DNA from: the human T2T-CHM13v2.0 reference genome, Homo sapiens
Direction: 5' to 3' (one strand)
Length of the DNA: 64,000 bases
Assembly (NCBI RefSeq): GCF_009914755.1
Contig: NC_060927.1
Of the stretch, positions 53,207-64,000 are shown piece after piece. A program made the translations under genes and the position numbers. Positions within the stretch are counted from its first letter, which is position 1, and every line of letters begins with the position of its first letter. The notes under the pieces are model-generated. The model was not told the origin of the DNA and did no database searches. It was given only the letters and a program-made list of their open reading frames with translations.

Positions 53207-53432
53207 TTTTTTTTTTTTTTTTTGAGACAGGGTCTTGTTCTGTCACTCAGACTGGAGTGTAGTGGTGCAATCATGGCTTGCTGCAGCCTAGAACTCCTGG
53301 GCTCAAGCGATACTCTCATCTCAGCCTCCTGAGTAACTGGGATTACAGGCACACACAACCACACCTGGCTAATTTTAATTTTTTAATTTTTAATTTGTAG
53401 AGATAGGGTCTTGGTATGTTGCTTAGGCTTGT
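53207..53432 (-). mobile_element. AluJ, partial, antisense to EPHA6
   Basis: T17, then gagacagggtcttgttctgtcactcagactggagtgtagtggtgcaatcatggc...gaactcctgggctcaagcga. Confidence 0.93.
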
Positions 53433-56400
53433 TTAATTCATTTTTAAAACATCTCCCACTCTATGTAAAACAATATCTCTTTGGACAAATTTAGCAGACA
53501 TTTCCTGTATTTGGGATTGTTTTGGAGAGTATCCTACAGGTAGGAAATTATTTCCCTTTCTGTTGTCTACTGGGATGCATTTAGTCCTTGGCACATTTAT
53601 GAAAAGTGTGATAAGTGGTACAATTACTGACAATTTTGATGGTGATTTTGAAGATGTGATATGGGATGTCTGCCCTTTTAGAAGAGCAATTTAAACTACA
53701 CAGTCTACTAAATAGCTGCAGTCATTTTTTGTCTGCACCTTCTAAATGAGGGCATTTTAATCTGTTCTGCTATATATGCTATAAACTATGGCATGTGAGT
53801 TGACACAAAAATCCTAGTAGTGAAAGTTAAAGTAGAAAACTGGTATACCTTGAAGGTAGGCATTGTAACTTACAGACTTTCTATATCCTATAGCGTCCAA
53901 TATATAGAGTTTAAATATAACAGAGACTTAAGAAATGTTTGTTGAAATAACATCAAAATGTATGATGTAAAATCAGGTAACATTTCTTGACTGCTTAGGT
54001 CCTAGTTAGGGAAGTTAACATCTATTTTCATTATGTCCATGTAAATGTAATGGAGGGAACAAACAAAACTGCAGGAAGAAAAATTTTCCCATCTTCAAGA
54101 AAAAAGACTAAACTTTCATTCTCATAATTTTTTTCACAGACTCAAAGTTATTTTTTTCCTTTCCAATATAAAGCCACTGTTATTTTTTTTTAAAGTAACG
54201 GTTTCAGTAGTTTCTTTTAGACCTTTCTTCCATTATATAGAAATGGTTTTGGATTGAGATGGCCATTATATTGTAGATATAACTTACAAGTAAGTAGTTA
54301 TAATCTCTTTTATCAGGACCATTAAACCAATGATTTAAGTGTATTTCAGACCTTAAGTTTCATAATATTCTTCAAAAAATTGGAAAATGTCCAAAGCCCA
54401 TAAAAGACTAGTGGGAACATAAGAAAGGTTAGAACTAGAAAGGCAAGACACATGTTTGATGCTGTGTAAGCAATGGGGAACATGTTCAATGGTTTGAGCT
54501 AAATGGGGCACTTCTTTGTGAGAGATGAGAGACTCGCAACATTTATTAAATATAAGACTAGAAAATCTAAGACTATAGCCAAATAGTCTTTTCTACCTAT
54601 TTAATCCCTGAGTAATTGAGACAAATGTAAATAATATAGGTCTCAACTGAATTTGCTTACGAAGTGCTGAAGATGTCAAAATAGAGGAAGCATCTAATTG
54701 CTATTAATTAGGGACATGCCAAATTTTCTTTTACTCATTTTTAACCACACAGATAACAGAACAATTTTATAGGAAAGCACAACTTTTGAGGTAACTCATT
54801 AATAAATATCAATGACCTTGCTCAGGAGCCCAGGAGGGAACCTGTAGTTTGGTGACCTTGTGATAGATCACATCCACACCCGAGTTATCCTTTGGTCTCT
54901 GTGGTAAGTGCTGGTAATAGCAGGTTTTAGGAATGATTATAAGGCTGAAGCAAATATAGCTCTGTCAGTCAGGATAAGGATCTGGAGGTTCTTGGAATGA
55001 GTGAAATAAGAAGGTATGAAAGTCAAGATGAACATTTCTAGTAATATTTTAATCAACTATTAACCATTCATTATTTGGATAAGGTTTTCAGTGATAGTTC
55101 TTGCTCTAGAGTATAACTTGCTTTCTAAGTAATAGCAAACTGCTTCACTTGATTTATCCTGAAAGTAATTTAGTTAGGTAGAAAATTATATAGCTTGAGT
55201 GTTTTGCCCTTTTTTTTCTATTTAAGATAACAGTGAAGAAAAGCAATTTTTTATTTTTATACCTTATTTTAGTAACTAAGGGAATCATCTATTTTTAAGA
55301 AGGGACAGAGATATTTGAATGTTTTCTGAAAAAGATACTCTCTAGCAGAGTAGAAAACTGAAAGGTGTAATTTCAAAAGTTCTAGACTTGATTTTATTCT
55401 CTAATTAGAAAAAGCTAACATCACTATGTTCATATTACCTTATACTTACAAATAGAATTTCCAATCTCAGATGTAACTGAAGGGATAGATAAAATTAAAA
55501 TAATGAACACCCTCTATGTTAAAAACATGGAAACAAGCAAAAACCACAAAAAATAAGAATAACCACCACAACAAAACAAAATGCTGTAAGTACACCTACT
55601 AAACAAATAATTGATCTCAGGTTCTAGATAAAAGTAGCTTTGTTGTTTTTAAGAAAGTATGATCCTCTTTAGAAGATTTTATCTTAAAATATTCCAAGTA
55701 CAGAGAGGACCATACCAGGAGTCAACATAATTCAGTGTTGATTTAAAGCAATCTATGTTAGATTTTTTTCAGAATTAAATATGGTTGCAACTCCGTGTGA
55801 GGGTAGTTACCCATATTATATATATCTGAAAGTAAAAATTTTTGGTTCTTACCTTTCAGAAATATACAGTGATGTTAAAACTGGATTAATTTGATAATCT
55901 AAATGTCAGTTTAAAGCATTTAAACAGTATTATATTTAAATGGACTGCTTCTAAAATGTAACGTATAAAGATACATGTTTGTTTATATATCTATAATTCG
56001 AAGTATTCTCTGATTGTATCTGGTCATGATGTTAGAAGTATTGTCTTTGTTTATTGGTGTTTTTTAAGAGCTATTGGAGGTAGTAGAGTGTTACAGTTAG
56101 TGGAACATAGAACCATCATAAACCTCTACTGATGTGCTGTTACTGAGTGACTTAGTAACTTTACTTAGTAACTCAGAACCTTAAGCTGGGCCTTAAAGCT
56201 TCTAAATTGAATGATTCTAGGAAGAAACCCCTTACTTTTTTTTCATAAGGTTTGTTAGAGAAAGTTCTCAAACATGTATTTATGATTGTCTGAACTTTAA
56301 AACATATTGATAAATCTTTGGACTCAATTTACATGACATTGACTTAAATTTTTACAACAAAATTATCCTAAAAGAATAGCTACTTTCTTAGTGGCTTGAT

Positions 56401-57834
56401 TTATCTCTTCCTTGTGTAATTTTTCAAAGTGATATATGAATAAAATCTCATCCTTTTCTTACTGTGCTATCTGAATAAAGATGATCTTCTATTATATACT
56501 ATAAATCAATATGCTAATTGTTTTTAAACTAATACCTTTTAGATTTACTGAAATGATGTAGATAAAGACTTGATAAAATATTTAAAGGCAAGAAGTTAAT
56601 ATTTAGCTTTTTATTCTTAGGTAATCATAACTTTCAGATTTAATCCAGTACTATTAAATTTGTGTTTATCATTTGATATTGTCTTTTAAAACATTATGAA
56701 ATTTTCTTATAATTTCCAAAAGCATGAATAAAGGCAACTCTAATACACTAAAAGACATGTTCAGAAAGAAATATAATATGCTGAAAATTTTTTTCTAAAA
56801 GTTAATAGGAAAATTGTATGCAGTTACACAGACACATTCTATGCATTATGTTGCTTACAAAACAAAATGTGTATTTTTAGAACTTTATTTTATTGCCCCC
56901 AGGCTATTTTTTTTGTTTTATTCAATTTCTCAATTTATGCTATGAATAAATAATTGTATTTTCATTTGTACTCTTTACATAAATAATAGGTGTTAATCTT
57001 CCTATTTAAACATTGCTATTATATTAAAAATGGAAAAGTATTGGCTTTTTTACTGATGTTAATGCTGATGTAATTTTTTTTCTTCCTACTGAGTTTACAG
57101 TGTTTTTGCTGTCTGGTAGGGACTAGGTAACTTTTGTTTGGAGCCAGCAGGAGGAGCTCTCACCTTGCTGTGTTCAACGTAATTAGTGTGCCTGAAAAAC
57201 CTGAATTTGTGGGGGTTTTGTATGTGAAACAAATGATAAAATTAAAATATTTACTACATATCTCTAAAATTCTAAATTTTATTTTAATATTGAAATATAA
57301 TTCACCTGTCTGAAATGCAAATTTGGAATCTTATTTTTTTAAAGAATTTTTAAGAGGTATCATTGCAATTTAATCAAATAAAGCAGTTAGGTCAATCTTG
57401 TTTCTGGAAGATACTAAGAAACAACAAAAAATGTTTTCTAAGCATTTGCACTATAATAGGTACATACATATTTTCCTTTTTTACTTGTTTTGAAGTGAAT
57501 ATACTTCACAGTTTACAACTATGAATACTGAGAACAAAGCAGGCTTAATATGTTTTAGAAACAATAATTAAATGAATTAATGAATTAACTTATTGGTCAT
57601 AATTCCTATATAAAACTTATAAAAAGGAAATAGCTGTTGATAGATTTCAATACGCATTAGAGATTTTAGACACTTAGCTCTAATGAAAGCCTTGATTTGA
57701 ATGTTGTGATTTGTAGGTTGTACCAGTGAATTTTCTGCAGAAATCTTTGATGAGAAAATTAGAATAAAACTTATGAACATTTAAAAATCACCATAAGAAA
57801 TACTGATGTTTCTCTCCATTAAGTGAAGTACATA

Positions 57835-58970
57835 TTAAAACAATAATGAGATACTGTTGCACACCTGATAGAATGACTTTAAAAAACTGGACAAAACCAA
57901 GTCCTGGTTTGTACAGGAATGGGAAAACCATACATTTCCCTATTGTGAATCTAAAATTTCACAGCAGTCAGTTTTGGAATCCAGATGGATAGTTTATTTA
58001 AAAAACAAACATTTTCTGTATAACCCACTAATCTTACTCCTTGTTATTAACCCTGGAGAAATAAAAGCATAGGTTCATATAAAAAATCTGTATAGGAAAG
58101 CTTAGGGTGGCCTATGTATAATGTTCTTAACTGGAAATAGCCCAGATGTCCATCAACTAGGGAATTCCATACAGTGGAATAGGTTTCAGCAACAAAAAGG
58201 AACAGTTGAAACATGCAGTGACATAGATGGATCTCAAATGCATATGTGAAGTAAGGAAACCAGGCTCAAAAGGCTACATGCTATATGATTTCATTTATTT
58301 GACACTCTGGAAAAGACAAAGCTACAGGGAAAGAAATCAGATTAGTGGTTACCAGAGGATGGGGTAGGAAAGGGATTTCTTATAAAGGGCCACAAGAAAT
58401 TTTGGGAGGGTAATGGACGTATTCTCTAGCTTGATTGTAGCCATGGTTCCATGGATGTAGGAGTTTGTCATGATTTACAAAAATGTACATTTAAAGAGGG
58501 TGGATTTGTTGTGAGTCAAACAAATTTTAATAAATCTAACTGATAAGACATGGGGAAACTTATAGATTTAAAAAAAACACTTAAACAGGAATGCCAACTA
58601 ACTTATTAGCATTTATTTGAATCTCGGCTTCTTTTCAAATGAGACAATAAAGAATATTGAACACTGTCTGGATATGTCATTGCATTAAGGAATTTTTATA
58701 TTAATGAATTAAGATATTGTAAGTATATTAAAAGAGTATTTTGGAAATACATGTTGAATTTTTATACAGGTGAAATGATAAGATTCCTGAAATTTACTTC
58801 AAATGAAATCTTATAGTGGGGAAGTAGGTAAAAATGTATACAAGAAACAAGATTGGACATTAATTGGTAATTATTGAACCTGAGTGATGAGTATGTGAGG
58901 GTTCATTGTACTGTTTTTTTCTACTTCAAAAAGTATTTGAAAATTTCTCACAATAAAAATTGATTAAAAT
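57835..58970 (+). mobile_element. Old L1 (L1MB/MC-type) ORF2 end and 3' UTR fragments
   Basis: aaaacaataatgagatactg...cccagatgtccatcaac...tatatgatttcatttatttgacactctggaaaagacaaa...gtgagggttcattgtactg. Confidence 0.7.
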
Positions 58971-59223
58971 TTATGACTTAGTTTTACAAATGTATGTTTA
59001 GTGAATAGATTTTAACAATACTAAAGGAATATTCTGCAATGAGTAAGTAGAGTTTAACCCAGGAATTTAAGGATACTTTCATATCTGAAAAATGTATCAA
59101 TAAAATTTATCACAGTGGTTCACCTAAGTAAAACCTCAGAATCTTTAGAGTAGACACCAAACAGCAGGTGCCAAATAACATACTCACAATTGCATTTTAA
59201 AAAATTATAGATGAGAAACCCCC

Positions 59224-59548
59224 AGCCAGGTGCCTTGGCTCACACCTGTAATCCCAGCACTTTGGGAGGTCAAGGTGGGAGGGTCACTTGAGGCCAGGAG
59301 TTCAAGACCTGTCTGCATAGCATAGTAAGACCTTGTCTCTACAATAAATGAAAAAATTAGCTGGGCACAGTGGTGCGTGCCTGTAGTCCCAGCTACTCAG
59401 AAGGCTGAGGCAGGAGGATCGCCTTGAGTCTAGGAGTTCAAAGCTTCAGTGAGTATGATTGTGCCAGTGAACTCCAACCTGGGCAACAGAGCAAGACCTG
59501 TCTCTTTAAAAAACAAACAAACAAAAAAAAAAAAAAAAAAGGAAAAAG
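59224..59548 (+). mobile_element. AluJ (Jo/Jr-like), full length
   Basis: agccaggtgccttggctcacacctgtaatcccagc...ggaggatcgccttgagtctaggagttcaaagcttcagtgagtatgat..., (CAAA)n/A tail. Confidence 0.95.
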
Positions 59549-60649
59549 AAATCTCACTTCCTTAACAAGATGAAAAACCAAAATTAATGATGTGGTACCA
59601 AAGCATTGTTTCTCAGAGTGAGGTTCATGGCCTACTGACATCTGGAGGCCTAGGAGGTAGTAGTTAAAAATAAATATCTGCTGAATCATGAGCTGTCCAC
59701 ATTTACCTGCCAGAAACGCTACAAAAACCCTCCTTAGTTGATCTCCATCTGTCTTTCCCAATCGTTTCTATCATCTAACTTTCCCCAAGTAGTCTCCACC
59801 CCTACAACTGAGAACTGATTTAGTCATATTTCAGTTAGTTTATAGAAAGTATTCTAAAATAAAAAAAAATCTTACCATATCTGATTGAAACCCCCTCATC
59901 CTAGACCAGTTCAAATTGGATCCCGTTTGTGAAGTTCTCCCAGAACTGCCAACCCAACTTTAGCTTAACTTAATTGCTAGGATGTTAATATAATCTTCAC
60001 TTTTATAACTTAACAGAAAATGTTGTTATGTGTTTACATGTCTGCTTTTTTGACAAGATTATGAATTACTTTTGGTCAGGAAAAGAGATAGATGGTTTTT
60101 ACGTTTGGTTTCGCATCTTATAGCCATAAGTAAACTACCTAGTGTATATAATAATAATGTAGTCAGTGCTTTAAAGATTATAAGATTTTTCAAAATGAGT
60201 TTTTTTAATACTTGGCTGATTATATATAAGGACATTTAATAGCACAAAAAGAGAATCAAGAAATCTGCTTTAATACAGGATTTTCTTCCTGAATGTGGTC
60301 TAAAAATACTGTAAATGAAAGTGGGGGAAAAGCAAAGGTAGTTATTTTATCAGTTTTAAACATCTGCTATTAAAAAGACTTAATTCTGTTTAATAATTTC
60401 ATTTAGCATTGTTTAACAAAAATATACATACTTTAATTTCTAAATACTTTATGCATTTTATCATTACTTAATACTATTTTATATTAATATTTAATATGTA
60501 AATTTCTGAAGATAACTCATTAAACTTAATTCAGTGAATAATAGTAAGTGTAATTGACATTAATGATTTTTATTATAACTTTAATAATTTAATATATTTT
60601 TGCATTAGTTGAGAAATTCATGGAATTTTTATTTTCTATTTAATTCCAG

Positions 60650-60714
60650 TTGTGTTGCTTGATACAACAACTGTACTGGGAGAGCTAGGATGGAAAACAT
60701 ATCCATTAAATGGG
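60650..60714 (+). CDS. EPHA6: EPHA6 exon 2 (65 nt), start of the ephrin ligand-binding domain
   Basis: Acceptor ttttattttctatttaattccAG (60648-60649) and donor GGG|GTAAGT (GT 60715). The phase-1 junction G|TT gives VVLLDTTTVLGELGWKTYPLNG, matching the Eph LBD N-terminal pattern (V.LLD....GELGW..YP..G). Too short to appear in the ORF track. Confidence 0.97.
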
Positions 60715-61973
60715 GTAAGTTTAAATATCTGAAAAATTGCTGTCTTTTTTAGATTTTTAAGATCTCCTAATAGTTGATGGAACAGTGAATTTTGGGCCCT
60801 ACTTGTTATGAATTTTGACATATAACTTACATCCCATAGAAAAGGTTAAAATACAATTAGAACTGGTAATCAGTGGGAATGATATGTAAAGCTCCTTCCT
60901 CTCTCCTAAATTAGTAATTATTCTTTAATACTGTGTTTATACATAGTGACATTAGAATATCTCCCATATAAATATTTTCCTTAAATATAAATTTCTGTGT
61001 GTAAGTTTATATATGTTACATTTATGTTAAATTTGATAACCTCGATGAGTATTTGTGCATAAATAAACTTTAAACTACTGTAGTATAAATGGATTGTGCA
61101 AATATTAACAATTTGGTTTTTAATACAGAATACAAGTCTACTAAAATATTATGCATTTTTGAACTTGGTGAAAATATACAAGGTGATTAGGTTTTTGTTA
61201 ACTGAAATAGTTGTATTTAAAGGCTTGTTAAGGATGTGTAATTTGCAAAATATAGTTTTTCATGGACCAACATTTTAGCTATGGTTGTACTTGACTTTTT
61301 ATATATTTTTATATATTTTGCATCATTTTCATATTACAATATATGTCTACTTCTCATTTTCACACTGAGCTAAAATAAAAGGGTGGTTTCTAAAGCATTT
61401 TGCTTTGATTTTTGTCTAGTTAATCAAAATATTGAATAATAGAGGCAGTCACATGTTTTCAGATACACTTGGGTTAGCTTTCCTTTTTTTCCTTAGAAAT
61501 GGTAATTTTCTTATTAATCACATTCTTAGTTGACATTTTCACATTGCTTCTTCTATTATATCTTCAAATTTAAACCTCAAAGGAGAAATTGATCCAAATA
61601 TGTTTTATTCTTTTAGAATCTTTCACATATTGCTGTTTGAATTTGACATTTTACAACAACAGTTATTCACTAAGTGTGTATTTTCAACTAAAATATCCTA
61701 TGAAGAGTGAAATCTTCCTCTCTTTAACAGCCCATTTGCTTCTTTAAATTTGTAAGTTTTATATACTGCGAGTTTATTTTTCTGAAATTTTTGTTTATTC
61801 TACTAGAGCTCTTATCAAACTGTTTCTGAGGTATATATCTTAAACTAGGATTATGCTTTTATCTTCATTGTCTTATTTCCATTAAAATGAATAAACATTC
61901 GTATTGTTGAGTATATTAAGTGGGTCATGTTTTTACTTTTAAGAAATGAATGAAACTTTTCTAAAATACCTTT

Positions 61974-62040
61974 TGTGTGTGTGCGTGTGTGTGTGTGTGT
62001 GAGAGAGAGAGAGACAGAGTGTGTGTGTGTGTGTGTGTGT
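61974..62040 (+). repeat. Compound (TG)n(GA)n(TG)n microsatellite in intron 2
   Basis: Read directly: two TG/GT tracts flanking a GA tract. Confidence 0.95.
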
Positions 62041-63893
62041 CTAATCTTATGAACAGTAGAATGGATAGGTGGTATAAATAAGATTTTAAAAATATGCAAT
62101 TTATTTATTTTTTCTTTTTTAGTGAAGAGGATAGATTACTGGTACTAATGGAGCTTTACTTAATGCTATTTATAGGTTAAAATAAGGAACTATTCAGTAA
62201 GGATGAAGAACTTGGGAAAGAGGCTACTGAAAATGCCAAGAATGAAAATAATCTAGGTATCAATATAGGTTACAGTACTTAAAATCCACCAGAACCATTA
62301 ATCAGTTTATAACATGTAAACCAGCATTTATATCGAAACATTAAAATTGTAATTATATCCAGTTGAAATCATATAAATTTTTCAGGTACTCAGTTTCACT
62401 GAGGCATGCTCATTTGATTGACCATTTTAACAATTACACTTTTACATAGACACTAATTCAATTGATTTTACAAATATGTCATGGGTGGAAGAGACATGTA
62501 GACAATATAATTGGCAATATATGAGGTAAAGTATGTTTGGTATTATAAATAATGTATTTCTCAGGAATAACTTTTTAATTGAAAAAAACTCTTCCTATAA
62601 AGAATTGACATTTTTGAAATTGTATAATGTGCTACATAAAATATAGGTAATTTAATCATTGATTCCATAGATTTTTCTTTTTACTTAAATTCATCATTCC
62701 ACTAGTAATATCATGCTGATATAGTTACAGAATTAGGCATTCAGAGTGTGCCTGTGAACAGACTGATAAATAGTCATTTCAGTGGAAAATTGAGCATCTC
62801 TGGTGGTTAGTAATTATGGAAAAAGGATGAATAGTCTGAACAAATAACGTTCTAGGCTTACAGAAATGAACAGAGAATTATGAATTTTCTAAAACACTTG
62901 CTTATCAATTCATTTGTGCCAACATTTAAAATATACTTTTTCTTTTAAGCATTGTCCTGAATTCAATTTAACAAACTTCTGTTTTATGCTGCTCTATGCC
63001 AAATACCCTGTTATTGTGCCTAAGACAGATTTTTCTACCCTCAAGGGGTATTGAAGCACAGCGATAATTATACAGAATCACTAGGCCAAAGAATGTGTCT
63101 TCAGGTTGTTCTGAGTAATGTTTTGTGAAAGAATAATAAAAGGAGAGGTTAATTCTGGTCAAGGAAAATTGGGAATAAGAAGTTGCATGTCAGCTCTTTC
63201 AAAAAAAAAAAAAAACGTGAAGGAATTGGCCTTGAAAAAAAAGGGAGAAGGCAACTTCTAGGCGAAAGGAGTGGCTTGAGCAAAGGCACAGAATTATTTC
63301 ATGTATGTATCAGGTTTTAGGAATGCTGAGAATCATTTGGCCTGTAGGGTTGCAGTGGAAATAATCATTTGGCTGGAGTGGAGGTATACAGTGAGAAATA
63401 GGACCTGTAATCATAGGCTAAACCACATTTTGCAAGACTTAGAATTTCACTAAGTTGAGGTAGATAGTGCATATCTCTGCATCAGTAAGTTAACTTTTAA
63501 AACCTGTGTTTAATGTGTACATAGTGGATGAGATCTTTGTTACATAGTTGTATTGGACTTAGATATAGCCACTATAGTATATAAAATCAGATATCATTTT
63601 CAACAGTGGAGTACCTGTTAATTAAACATTAAGACAAAATTGATGTTAGGAAAACAAAAGTGCTGTTGGATGTTACATCACATTTTATTTTAATGGCAAT
63701 TGGAGATTAGAAATCTTTGTGTTTCTCTAATACTGAATATTGGTTTTGAATATCATATTTTATAGATAATTTTTGTGTGCTCTGACTTAGATGATCACTA
63801 GGGCTTCAGCAATGCAATATAGTACAAGATATGTGATCTTATCTGTTGGACATAGTGAATTGGTATTAGGAAACTTACCCTGAAATACTTCAT

Positions 63894-64000
63894 GTATTGG
63901 TCATGGTTCTTTAGAGAAAAAGAACTAATAGGAAATATATCTGTATCTGTTACACATATCTATATCTGTTTTTCTACCTAATGAGAGAGAGATTTAGATT
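63894..64000 (-). mobile_element. MLT2 (ERVL) LTR end, truncated by the window
   Basis: tgtattggtcatggttctttagagaaaaagaactaataggaaatatat...gagagagagattta resembles the antisense MLT2 3' terminus. Confidence 0.65.

Larger units (their letters stand above)
60715..64000 (+). other. EPHA6: EPHA6 intron 2 (5' part, runs off the window)
   Basis: Starts GTAAGT; no Eph-like exon 3 sequence recognised before the window end. Confidence 0.9.

Overview
AT-rich primate genomic DNA, almost certainly human. It holds the 5' end of EPHA6 (ephrin type-A receptor 6) on the + strand: about 7 kb of upstream sequence, a CpG-island promoter (~7.0-9.3 kb), coding exon 1 (ATG 8446 or ATG 8728, to the donor after 8830), a 51,819-nt intron 1, the 65-nt exon 2 (60650-60714) and the start of intron 2. 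The two exons join in phase to give a signal peptide followed by the start of the Eph ligand-binding domain (...SHVSNNQ|VVLLDTTTVLGELGWKTYPLNG). The rest is typical intronic sequence with Alu, L1, L2, MIR, MaLR/ERV LTRs, hAT MITEs and microsatellites. Apart from the exon 1 frame (8410..8982), the ORF-track entries look spurious. I see no evidence of a wholly new multi-gene system. The most interesting unexplained signals concern how the EPHA6 5' end could be diversified: a weak/strong pair of in-frame start codons giving a 94-aa N-terminal extension before the signal peptide, a possible upstream alternative first exon whose ATG is in frame with exon 2, back-to-back sense and antisense donors, AG|GT recursive-splice-like sites, and candidate poison exons. 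There are also clear retrotransposition fossils (an L1 3' transduction and a twin-priming inversion). Repeat subfamily names come from recalled consensus sequences, and boundaries of old repeats are approximate.
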